A DNA stretch of 60,271 bases from a virus (lineage: Duplodnaviria; Caudoviricetes), in the IMG/VR virus record IMGVR_UViG_3300008261_000124, positions 1 to 60,271 of that record. The stretch is one strand, 5' to 3'. The first letter of the stretch is position 1, and each line of letters begins with the position of its first letter. A program made the position numbers and the translations under genes. This document shows, piece after piece, positions 16,182 through 24,982 of the stretch. The notes beneath the pieces are model-generated. The model did not search any database. It worked only from the letters and a program-made list of their open reading frames with translations, and was not told where the DNA came from.

Positions 16182-16889
16182 ATGATTACAGTAAACCTAC
16201 AAGAAACACAATTAAAATTATATGAAAAACTAAAACCTTCTGGATGGGGTGATAAACTTAAAACATTCATATTAAGTAGTGAATTTGAAAACATACTAAC
16301 TACATTACTTAATGAGGTTAATGAAAATAAAAGATTTACTCCACCTTTAAAACAAGTATTTAGAGCATTTGAAACATGTAGTCTTAATAATCTTAAAGTT
16401 ATTATTATAGGACAAGATCCTTTTCCTCAACCTTATGTTGCAGATGGTCTTGCTTTTTCTTGTAGTAACATAGGAAAGCCTGAAGTATCATTAAAGTTTA
16501 TCTTTAAAGCATTAGAAGATACAGTATATCCTGATGGTTATACTTGGGACCCTGATTTAGAAAGATGGGCAAATCAAGGTGTATTATTGTTAAATACAGC
16601 TCTTACAACAACTATGTCAAAAATTGGAGTGCATTATGATTTATGGAAACCTTTTATAGAATTTTTATTAGACTATTTAACTATTAATAATCCAGGATTA
16701 TGTTATGCTTTTTTTGGTAAAAAGGCTCAAGCATGGGTTGATTATATTCCTGATAATAATCATAAGTTATATACCAGTCATCCAGCATCAGCAGGTTATA
16801 AAAATTTAGATAAATGGGATTGTAATGACATATTTAACAAAATCAATATTTTTGTACAAAATCAATTTAATACTAAAATAATATGGTAA
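16182..16889 (+). CDS. ung: uracil-DNA glycosylase (family 1)
   Basis: KVIIIGQDPF, ADGLAFS, WANQGVLLLN, SHPAS. Confidence 0.93.
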   Translation: MITVNLQETQLKLYEKLKPSGWGDKLKTFILSSEFENILTTLLNEVNENKRFTPPLKQVFRAFETCSLNNLKVIIIGQDPFPQPYVADGLAFSCSNIGKPEVSLKFIFKALEDTVYPDGYTWDPDLERWANQGVLLLNTALTTTMSKIGVHYDLWKPFIEFLLDYLTINNPGLCYAFFGKKAQAWVDYIPDNNHKLYTSHPASAGYKNLDKWDCNDIFNKINIFVQNQFNTKIIW

Positions 16890-17365
16890 ATGAAGAGCCA
16901 GATAGAATTTATGGCAGAAGAGCTGAAATAAAAGAATTTGTTGATGAATTCATAGCAAGTTTTATTCAAAAATTTGGATATAAACCTATAGTAATGTTTT
17001 CAAACAATGAATTTAAAGGAGTTACTAAAGTTTTACCATTTCCAAAAATAGAAGAAATAGCTAATAGGCAGCTTAAAGAAGCATTAGATAATTCTAATTC
17101 AAAATTCTTTTTTCCTATTACTTCTAAAAAGAGAAAGAGAATGGTTATTTATTACAAACATTGTACAGCTAAATTAATGTATGACATGGGTTATACTATG
17201 ACTTATATTGCAAAATGTTTAAATATGAGTCACTCTACTGTGTCTGTTTCTGTATATAAAATACACCAGTTTGTAGGAATAAATGATGCTATTATTTGTA
17301 ACATTTTAAATTCATTAAAGAATGAAATCATTGAACAACAAAATAACACTATTGACAATTTTTGA
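16883..17365 (+). CDS. HTH protein resembling the DnaA C-terminal domain
   Basis: SKKRKR...YTMTYIAKCLNMSHSTV. Confidence 0.55.
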   Translation: MVNEEPDRIYGRRAEIKEFVDEFIASFIQKFGYKPIVMFSNNEFKGVTKVLPFPKIEEIANRQLKEALDNSNSKFFFPITSKKRKRMVIYYKHCTAKLMYDMGYTMTYIAKCLNMSHSTVSVSVYKIHQFVGINDAIICNILNSLKNEIIEQQNNTIDNF

Positions 17366-17954
17366 TAGTATTATTACAGAAGGTTTAAGTCCTAATCAGT
17401 ATTATTTATTACAATGTTTGAATGAAAATATTACAGCTCCTTCAGTTAATTTACATCAAGATTTAAGACATCTTGTAAGTAATGAATGGATTAAAGATGA
17501 AACATCTGCTAAAGGTCCTTTATATATTCTTCAACCTAAAGCAAAATCTTTAATATCTAAAATTGATTCTTTTGTTGGCATACATGTTAAAAAAGCACTA
17601 TCTCATAGTATGGGTGCAGATTTTGAAACCAATGCTGAAAAATATAACAACATATTTCCAAAAATAAGATTAGGTAGTAATAAAGCTGCAAGATCTCCTA
17701 TTAAAGAAATTATTATTGCTTTTAAATGGTTTTTTGAGAATTATGAATATAGTTGGGAAACAATACATGAAGCAGCAGAAGTATATATTGAAACTGAAAG
17801 ATCTAAGAATTTTAAATTTACCAGAACATCAAAATATTTTATAAGAAAACAAGATACAGACAAATCTTGGTCTTCTGATTTAGCTAGTTATTGTGAATTA
17901 GTAGAATCAGGTGAAGACTTTGATAAACCTAAACATATAGAAAAAGTATTTTAG
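17322..17954 (+). CDS. hypothetical protein, possible replication initiator or helicase loader
   Basis: Directly upstream of DnaB; wHTH-like N-terminus; function inferred. Confidence 0.5.
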   Translation: MKSLNNKITLLTIFDSIITEGLSPNQYYLLQCLNENITAPSVNLHQDLRHLVSNEWIKDETSAKGPLYILQPKAKSLISKIDSFVGIHVKKALSHSMGADFETNAEKYNNIFPKIRLGSNKAARSPIKEIIIAFKWFFENYEYSWETIHEAAEVYIETERSKNFKFTRTSKYFIRKQDTDKSWSSDLASYCELVESGEDFDKPKHIEKVF

Positions 17955-17974
17955 GTTTTTTTGATTTCTTTTAA

Positions 17975-17982
17975 TATATTTG
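17975..17982 (+). promoter_or_regulatory. Bacteroidota-type -7 promoter box
   Basis: Intergenic TATATTTG upstream of the helicase. Confidence 0.55.
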
Positions 17983-18009
17983 ATATCCGTTTATAAATAA
18001 TCAAAGTAC

Positions 18010-18999
18010 ATGGCAAAATCAAAATGGAAGACTCAAAGAGAGTCTTTTATAGAATCATTGTCTTATTTAGAAGGTAGAAGATATGGTAAAATAACCAGTA
18101 TTAAAACTCCATGGGATTCTTTTAATAATGCAACAACTGACGGTATAGAATGGCATAGTACAACTGTAATAGGTGCCAGACCTGCTACAGGAAAAACACT
18201 AGTAAAAGATTTACTTGTCAATGGTGCATTTAGACTTAATCCTTTAATGAATTTTAGGGTGCTTGAATTTCAGTTTGAAATGTTAGGTAAAAATTCAGCA
18301 ATAAGAGAATACTCTAGCCACATAGGTAGATCATATAAATACTTATGTAGTGCTGATGGTAAACTTAGTGATGAAGATTTTCTTAAATGTAAAGATTATG
18401 CTAAAAACAAACTTAAATTTCCTATTGATGTAGTAGAAGAGCCGTGTAATATGATTGAGTTTGTTGAAATTATAAATGATTATATGCTTGAGCATTCTTC
18501 ATTAAAAGAAGATGGTAAAAGAGTATATAAAAATACAATAATTACATTAGACCACTCGTTATTACTTAAAAGAGCTCCTGGGGAAAAAGATAAGTTTGAT
18601 ACTCTTTATACATTAGGAGAAACATTAACTGCATTAAAAAGAAAATATCCTATAGCTTTTATAGTACTTAGCCAGCTTAATAGAGGAATAGATGCTCCAG
18701 AAAGAAATGAAGATGGTAAATATGGTAATTTCATATTGGAATCTGATATCATGGGTGCAGATGCCTTATTACAACATGCTGATACTTTAATTGGTCTTAA
18801 TAGGCCCGGTAAACAAAAAATAAAGTATTATGGTGTTGAAAGATATATTATAGATGGAGATCCTACTATATTAGCTATGCATTTTATTAAATGTAGAAAT
18901 GGTGAAACAGGTGTAGCATTCTTTAAAACAGCTTTTGAGCAAATGCAAATACATGAAATACAAGCACCTGCAAGACAAGAAAAAAAAGTTAGAATATGA
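18010..18999 (+). CDS. dnaB: replicative SF4 (DnaB-like) helicase
   Basis: GARPATGKT, FQFEM, ITLDH, LSQLNR, ADTLIGL, KCRNG. Confidence 0.9.
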   Translation: MAKSKWKTQRESFIESLSYLEGRRYGKITSIKTPWDSFNNATTDGIEWHSTTVIGARPATGKTLVKDLLVNGAFRLNPLMNFRVLEFQFEMLGKNSAIREYSSHIGRSYKYLCSADGKLSDEDFLKCKDYAKNKLKFPIDVVEEPCNMIEFVEIINDYMLEHSSLKEDGKRVYKNTIITLDHSLLLKRAPGEKDKFDTLYTLGETLTALKRKYPIAFIVLSQLNRGIDAPERNEDGKYGNFILESDIMGADALLQHADTLIGLNRPGKQKIKYYGVERYIIDGDPTILAMHFIKCRNGETGVAFFKTAFEQMQIHEIQAPARQEKKVRI

Positions 19000-19535
19000 G
19001 TATATCAACAATAGATTCTGCAGAAGACAGAAAAGAAAATCTTAAAAAACTAAAAGATTTTCACAAAAGTACAATTGAAAGTTTGGGTATAACTGATTAT
19101 TATTTACTAGGTAAAATGGCATATTTATCTCCTAAAAGAGAAAAAATAGTAAGTTTTTTTCATAGTGAAATAAGTAAAGGTGAAGATATCTACATAGAAT
19201 TTACTAACAGGTTTAATATACCTGAAGATCCTGATAGAACACTTTATGTTTATAGGTTTAATCCACATTTTCAAGAAGAATATGAAAATACAGGAGATTC
19301 TGATTTAAGTAAAGTTAGATATATTGTTCCTGTAGATGAATTGAAAATAGTAAAAAGATACAGCCCAAAGGCTGAAATTAAAATAGAAGAAGAGACAAAA
19401 ACATTTGAAGATTTTAGCTTACCAGATCCTGAAACAGATCCACCTCTTAATGAGATGACTATAAGAGATCTTGCAGCTATATTGCTACAAAAGCCAGTTA
19501 GCAAGAAACAATGGTTAAATGAACTTTTAAAATAA
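18996..19535 (+). CDS. hypothetical protein
   Basis: ORF track, 179 aa. Confidence 0.75.
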   Translation: MSISTIDSAEDRKENLKKLKDFHKSTIESLGITDYYLLGKMAYLSPKREKIVSFFHSEISKGEDIYIEFTNRFNIPEDPDRTLYVYRFNPHFQEEYENTGDSDLSKVRYIVPVDELKIVKRYSPKAEIKIEEETKTFEDFSLPDPETDPPLNEMTIRDLAAILLQKPVSKKQWLNELLK

Positions 19536-19541
19536 ATGTAA

Positions 19542-20174
19542 ATGGAAAACAATTTAACGACACAAAACAATCAGCAGGATTTAAAGGGTTTTTTACAAAC
19601 TCTTATTGATTCCAAAAAACTTCCTACTCATGTAAAAACAGTAGAAGATGCATTCACTATTGCTCAAATGGGTAAAGAACTAGGTTTTGCAACAATGCAA
19701 AGTATGCATTACATCATCCCGATCCAAGGAAGACTGAGTTTATCTGCTAAAGCAACTGGTGCTTTACTTAGAAAAGGTGGTGTAAAGTTTTATACTAAAG
19801 AAGATGGTGTTTATGTATATGCTGATGGTAGTACAGACACAATTTCTCCAAAAACTGATGGTACTAAACCTGTAGATCAAAGAACTACAATTGTTTTTGT
19901 AAGAGATAATGTGGAAGAAGTATGTTCTTTTACATGGAAAGATGCTGAGAAACAAGGTCTTACTACTAAGGATAATTGGAGACGCATGGTTAAGGAGATG
20001 CTCTATGCAAGATGTTTAGCAAAAGGTGCTAACAGAGTTGGTGCTGATTTATTATTAGGATTGTATACAGCAGAAGAAATGGCAGATACTTTCTTAAAAG
20101 AATCAGATGTAAGAAGAAATGAAGATGGTACAATAGCAGAAGTTATTGATACTAATTATAATGAAGTAAAATAA
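19542..20174 (+). CDS. RecT/Bet-like single-strand annealing protein
   Basis: GKELG..MQSM..I..IQGR, FTWKDAEKQGL..KDNW..EMLYAR, GLYTAEE. Confidence 0.7.
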   Translation: MENNLTTQNNQQDLKGFLQTLIDSKKLPTHVKTVEDAFTIAQMGKELGFATMQSMHYIIPIQGRLSLSAKATGALLRKGGVKFYTKEDGVYVYADGSTDTISPKTDGTKPVDQRTTIVFVRDNVEEVCSFTWKDAEKQGLTTKDNWRRMVKEMLYARCLAKGANRVGADLLLGLYTAEEMADTFLKESDVRRNEDGTIAEVIDTNYNEVK

Positions 20175-20194
20175 TAACAAAAAAACAAAAAAGT

Positions 20195-20902
20195 ATGAGT
20201 GGAAAATTAAGCACAAAAAACATCCAAACAGGTGGAGAAGGAGTATCTAAAACATTAGAACCAGGTAATGTCTTAGCAAAAATTAATGGTATATCTTTAG
20301 ATGAGTTTAAATTTAAACCTGGAGCTTATCATATTATCTTGCATTTAGAAGGTGAAGATCAAGGTAGTAACTTTGAAGGTTTTTATTATGATAAAGATAG
20401 ACCTGAGTTAGGAAGACATAAAGGTAAAATAGGTAATGTAAAAGCAACAGAATGGGCTTTTGCAGATGGTGAAACCAAATCAGGTATTCCCGTAAGTAGA
20501 GATCAAGAAATGTTAAAATTCTTAAAACAAGTTTGTATTGCTACTAATACAGTTAGCTGGTTAGATGCTCAAGATGAAAAACATGATACTATAGAATCTT
20601 TATTTACAGCATTTTCTAAAGATAAACCTTTTAAAGATGAATTCTTTGCTTTTTGTATTGGTGGTAAGGAATATACAAACAAAGGTGGTTATACTGCTTA
20701 TGATTTATTCTTGCCAAAATTTACTAAAGATGGAGTATCAATAGAAAAAGAAGATGCTTCATCTTCTAAACTTTTAAAGTTTAATCCAGATGAGCATATC
20801 AGAAAGAAAAAAGTAGATCCTGTTAATGAGTTTGGAGGTTCTTCAGATAGTTTCAGTGATGCTACTACTGGAATTACTACTGATTCAGATTTTGATCTTT
20901 AA
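20195..20902 (+). CDS. putative single-stranded DNA-binding protein
   Basis: Lies between the annealing protein and primase; acidic tail ending DSDFDL; followed by a terminator. Confidence 0.55.
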   Translation: MSGKLSTKNIQTGGEGVSKTLEPGNVLAKINGISLDEFKFKPGAYHIILHLEGEDQGSNFEGFYYDKDRPELGRHKGKIGNVKATEWAFADGETKSGIPVSRDQEMLKFLKQVCIATNTVSWLDAQDEKHDTIESLFTAFSKDKPFKDEFFAFCIGGKEYTNKGGYTAYDLFLPKFTKDGVSIEKEDASSSKLLKFNPDEHIRKKKVDPVNEFGGSSDSFSDATTGITTDSDFDL

Positions 20903-20907
20903 CTAAC

Positions 20908-20932
20908 AAGGGAGTGTAACAACTCCCTTTTT
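20908..20932 (+). terminator. intrinsic terminator
   Basis: AAGGGAGT/ACTCCCTT plus T tract. Confidence 0.75.
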
Positions 20933-20944
20933 ACATTATACTAT

Positions 20945-21949
20945 ATGCTAAAAACAAAATCCATTATAACAGATTTAAAAGAAGTACCAAGAGAGTGGGT
21001 TTTTGAGTATTATTTATTATTACCAGAAAAATTAACAGGGCAAGATGTTAAAATAAAATCAGTATTTAATCCAAATGACAATACTCCTTCTATGTATGTA
21101 TATTATGCAAATAATGAAGTTTATAAGTTTAAAGATTTTTCTACAGGTAAATCTGGTGATTCAATAAATTTAGTAATGGAGCTTTTTAATTTAAGTACTA
21201 GGGGTGAATCAGCTCATAAAATAATGGAAGATTATAAAAAATATCTTTCTATTAATAATGATGCTTTAGATTCAAGAGTACTTAAAAGAGTATCTAGATA
21301 TAAAATTGTAGATTTTACTCCTAGATCTTGGACAAATTTAGATGAAAAGTACTGGACCAAATTTAATATAAGTTCTAAACTTTTAGAATTTTATAAAGTT
21401 TCTCCTATATCTGATTTTAAACTTAGTAAAATAGAAGAAAATGGTGATGTAAAAGAAATAGTAATTAAAAATTATAATATGTATGGTTTCTTTAGAACAG
21501 ATGGTACTCTCTATAAAATATATCAACCTTTGGTTAAAGACAATAAGTTTTTTAAAATAAAGGATTATATACAAGGTACAGACCAACTAACTATGAAAGT
21601 ACCTTATTTAATAATATGTAGTAGTTTAAAAGATATAATGGCTTTTAAAAATTTAGGATACAGAAATGCAGAAGCTATTGCTCCAGATAGTGAAAACAGT
21701 TTGATCCAAGAACATATTATAAATGCATATAAATTAAAATACAAATCTATAATTACTTTGTTAGATAATGATCTTGCTGGTATAGAGGCTATGAAAAAAT
21801 ATGAGACTCTTTATAAAATACCTTATGTTATTCTTAACTTATCCAAAGACTTATCTGATTCTGTAAGAGATTATGGAATCCATAAAGTAAGAGAAATTTT
21901 AACACCACTTTTAAAAGATAAATTAAATAAAAATGAGTTGGTTGTATAA
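20945..21949 (+). CDS. DNA primase (Toprim)
   Basis: DNTPS..FKDFSTG N-domain; SSLKD, APDSE, LDNDLAG, KDLSD. Confidence 0.85.
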   Translation: MLKTKSIITDLKEVPREWVFEYYLLLPEKLTGQDVKIKSVFNPNDNTPSMYVYYANNEVYKFKDFSTGKSGDSINLVMELFNLSTRGESAHKIMEDYKKYLSINNDALDSRVLKRVSRYKIVDFTPRSWTNLDEKYWTKFNISSKLLEFYKVSPISDFKLSKIEENGDVKEIVIKNYNMYGFFRTDGTLYKIYQPLVKDNKFFKIKDYIQGTDQLTMKVPYLIICSSLKDIMAFKNLGYRNAEAIAPDSENSLIQEHIINAYKLKYKSIITLLDNDLAGIEAMKKYETLYKIPYVILNLSKDLSDSVRDYGIHKVREILTPLLKDKLNKNELVV

Positions 21950-22352
21950 AAATGCAGTGTTTAAAGATGAGCACATACCAAATGGAGCTATCGGGTTTGT
22001 CTATATGATGACAGCTATAGTAGATAACCAATCTGTTGCTTATATAGGCAAAAAAAATTTCTATGCTACTAGAAAAAAAAATCTTAGTAAAAAGAAGCAA
22101 CCGGTAGACAAAAGAAAGAAGACCTATGAAAGAGTTAGTAAATTAGCTTATCATGACTACTACAGTAGTAATGATGTTCTTAAACAGGCTCATAAAAGAG
22201 GTGTAGTAATCAAAAGAGAAATACTTAAAATATGTTTTAGTAAAACTGAACTTACTTATCAAGAAGTAAAACACCAGTTTTTACACGGAGTATTAGAAAA
22301 AGATTATTTCTTGAACCGTAATATTTTAGGTAGATTCTACAAACAAAAATAA
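21933..22352 (+). CDS. GIY-YIG-like protein
   Basis: GFVY..YIGKK..YYSS..REIL..E..N. Confidence 0.7.
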   Translation: MSWLYKNAVFKDEHIPNGAIGFVYMMTAIVDNQSVAYIGKKNFYATRKKNLSKKKQPVDKRKKTYERVSKLAYHDYYSSNDVLKQAHKRGVVIKREILKICFSKTELTYQEVKHQFLHGVLEKDYFLNRNILGRFYKQK

Positions 22353-22353
22353 T

Positions 22354-22710
22354 ATGAATTGGCAAGAAGCAGTATTACTATTAAAAGATAGAGGTATAGT
22401 AAAGTTAGAAATAAAATATGAAGGATCAGGAGATTCAGGTGCTATAGATGATTGTCTTTATTATGATGGAGAAGATAATGAACACTATATAGCTCAAATT
22501 GATATTACACAAAAACAACATGATAATATCATTGATTTAGTATATCCTATGTTAGATGATATAGAAGATTGGTATAATAATGATGGTGGTTATGGTACAG
22601 TAACTATCAACCTAAATGATTTTACTTATTCTATAGAAAATAATGTAAGATTTACTGATGTTGATACTTTCACACATGAAGGTGAACTTAAAGATTTTAT
22701 TAAAGAATAA
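22354..22710 (+). CDS. hypothetical protein (DUF6878-like)
   Basis: YEGSGDSG and DWYNNDGGYG motifs; family name from memory. Confidence 0.65.
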   Translation: MNWQEAVLLLKDRGIVKLEIKYEGSGDSGAIDDCLYYDGEDNEHYIAQIDITQKQHDNIIDLVYPMLDDIEDWYNNDGGYGTVTINLNDFTYSIENNVRFTDVDTFTHEGELKDFIKE

Positions 22711-23057
22711 TGTCACACCCGTATGACCACAGCCGTTCCTCAGCAAAGAAGTGGGGTGGTGATCCTGAAGAATACTTGAAATATCATGAGTGGTTTGATG
22801 AAACTAAAGCTTGGGTAGGTCATAGTGTTCACAGGATGTTTAGACACCATTCAGAAGGTATATTTGAATGTGAGAAAATATTTGGAAAGTTTTTCTATAA
22901 CTCTGTAGGCAAAAGAGTATATATAAGATATATAGGAGAACAGCATGTCAAAGAAGACTGCAATGGTCATATTCCTTCTGCTAAAGAATGGGTAGATGCT
23001 ATTAATAATAAAGAAACACCACTATGGATGTTAAAGACACAAAAAATAGAAGATTAG
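22710..23057 (+). CDS. His-rich hypothetical protein (DUF6915-like)
   Basis: HPYDHSRSSAKKWGG, HRMFRHH, EQHVKED; family name from memory. Confidence 0.7.
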   Translation: MSHPYDHSRSSAKKWGGDPEEYLKYHEWFDETKAWVGHSVHRMFRHHSEGIFECEKIFGKFFYNSVGKRVYIRYIGEQHVKEDCNGHIPSAKEWVDAINNKETPLWMLKTQKIED

Positions 23058-23482
23058 TTTCTGATATTGTCATTGATGAAGATCAATATAAGAATTTACT
23101 GAACATGTTGAATTCTACAGAACAAGATGCTGTAGTAGCTTTAAATGTAATAAATAACTTAAAGGTTGATAAAAATCTTATACAAGTTTTATTTCTCAGA
23201 AAGGAATCAGCTTGTTCAAATGATTATTGGAATATACATTGTAGTAAGCATATAAAGTATCATAAAAATACAAGTGTAATAACAAACCCTAATTTAATTA
23301 CTTATGCTAATATATTTAAAATACTAAATCAATTTACATTTTCATCAAAGAAAGATAAAGAACAAGCTTTGATTTTTTATACTAAAAGATTAGAAAATTT
23401 TCTTATTAAAAATCTATTAGGTTTTGAGGATGTAATAGATAATTTTTCTATAAATGTAAAAATAAAAGATAATGACAAATAA
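23024..23482 (+). CDS. hypothetical protein with the shared YxxLxxMLxS motif
   Basis: ORF track; motif shared with 27328 and 27812. Confidence 0.7.
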   Translation: MDVKDTKNRRLVSDIVIDEDQYKNLLNMLNSTEQDAVVALNVINNLKVDKNLIQVLFLRKESACSNDYWNIHCSKHIKYHKNTSVITNPNLITYANIFKILNQFTFSSKKDKEQALIFYTKRLENFLIKNLLGFEDVIDNFSINVKIKDNDK

Positions 23483-24982
23483 AGCAGAACAATTAGCAAA
23501 AGCTAGTAAAGATTTAATGCTAAAAGAACCTTTCTATGGTTTGTTTCTTACAATGCTTAACAAACAATGGAGTGATAAAGTACCTACTGCTGGTGTTAGT
23601 AGACTAGGTATTAACTATCAACTTTATTTGAATGAAGAGTTTTGGGCAACATTAGATCCTAATAAGAGAATTGGTTTACTCAAGCATGAGCTCAATGTAA
23701 GGGTTCCTTATGCAGTAATGTATAAGTAAAATGTCTTAAATTGTCGGGAACTACCTTAGAGCTTTACACACCAAGCATATATAGTAATATAATATGTGGC
23801 CAGAATAATTACCTGGGTATGGTAAAAGAGGTGAAGATTGGTATATCCGCAGCCAAATTTCTTGGAAGTATACCAAGAAAGAGGTTCAACGACTACAATA
23901 GACCATCCTGTGAAGGATGAAGGTATAGTCTGATCTCATGTGAAAATATGAGTTAACATAAATGATTACACATAGGTTTCTTTCACATAACAGATTTTGA
24001 GCATCTTACAAATAAGATGATTGCTAATATAGCTTTTGATCTTGAGATAAATCAATTTATTGATAAAGACTCTTTACCAGAAGGTGGTATGACAATAGAC
24101 TTGTTTCCAGATCTTAAGTTAGAACCTAAAAAGGGTAGCAAGTATTATTATGACAAGTTATTAAATGCTGCTAACAATCCCGGTACTTGTAGTACTGTAG
24201 ATAAGATGATGCAAGCTGCTGGTGATGGAGAAGGTGAGATAGAAATTGATATAGATAAGCAAGGTAATGTAAAAGTAAAATTACCTAATCATGATACTTG
24301 GCAAGAGTTTGAAGATCTTGATGAAGCAACTAAGAAGTTGATTAAAACTCAAACAGAACATATCATAAAAGAAGTAGCTGATCAGGTTGTAAAATCTAGA
24401 GGTACAGTACCTGGTGAGTTTAAAGAAATACTAGAAAGACTAGAAGCTTTAGATCCTCCTAAGTTTAACTGGAGAGGATTCTTAAGAAGATTTGTTGGTG
24501 GTAATATTAGACACAATACTAGATTATCAAGACACAAACCTAATTTTAGATTTCAAGACAATCCTGGGTTAAAACATAAATATAAGAAAAATATTCTTGT
24601 TGCTGTAGATACTTCAGGTTCTGTACATACAGAAGAACTTAAGGAGTTCTTACATGAGATATATCATATACAAAGAAGTGGTACAGAAGTAACTATTGTT
24701 CAATGTGATAGTGCTATATCTCATATAGAGAAATTTGATCCTAAGAAGGAATTTAAAATAAAAGGTAGAGGAGGCACTAGCTTCCACCCGGTCACAGATT
24801 ATTATGACCAACATTTTAGAAAGTACAACTGTTTAATATACTTAACAGATGGGGAAGCACCAGCTCCTGATAAATGTAGAGGACCTGTATTATGGGTTAT
24901 CTCTAGTCAGTCCCAAGGACTAAATAAAGATTTAAAAGGTTTACAAATTCAATTACCAAAAGATTATGGCAACAGCAAATAA
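23472..24982 (+). CDS. metallopeptidase-VWA protein (DUF2201-like), two exons 23472-23692 and 23965-24982, 412 aa spliced
   Basis: Splicing gives LLKHELLHIG (HExxH); NIAFDLEINQ; MIDAS DTSGS, GRGGT, YLTDG. Confidence 0.88.
23693..23964 (+). mobile_element. group I intron without ORF (272 nt)
   Basis: 5' exon ends in U with P1 GAGCU/GGUUC; P10 UGUAA/UUACA; P AAUUGUCGGGAA, Q AUCCGCAGCC, P7 GACUA/UAGUC, P8 CAUCCU/AGGAUG; terminal G; reading frame restored. Confidence 0.92.
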
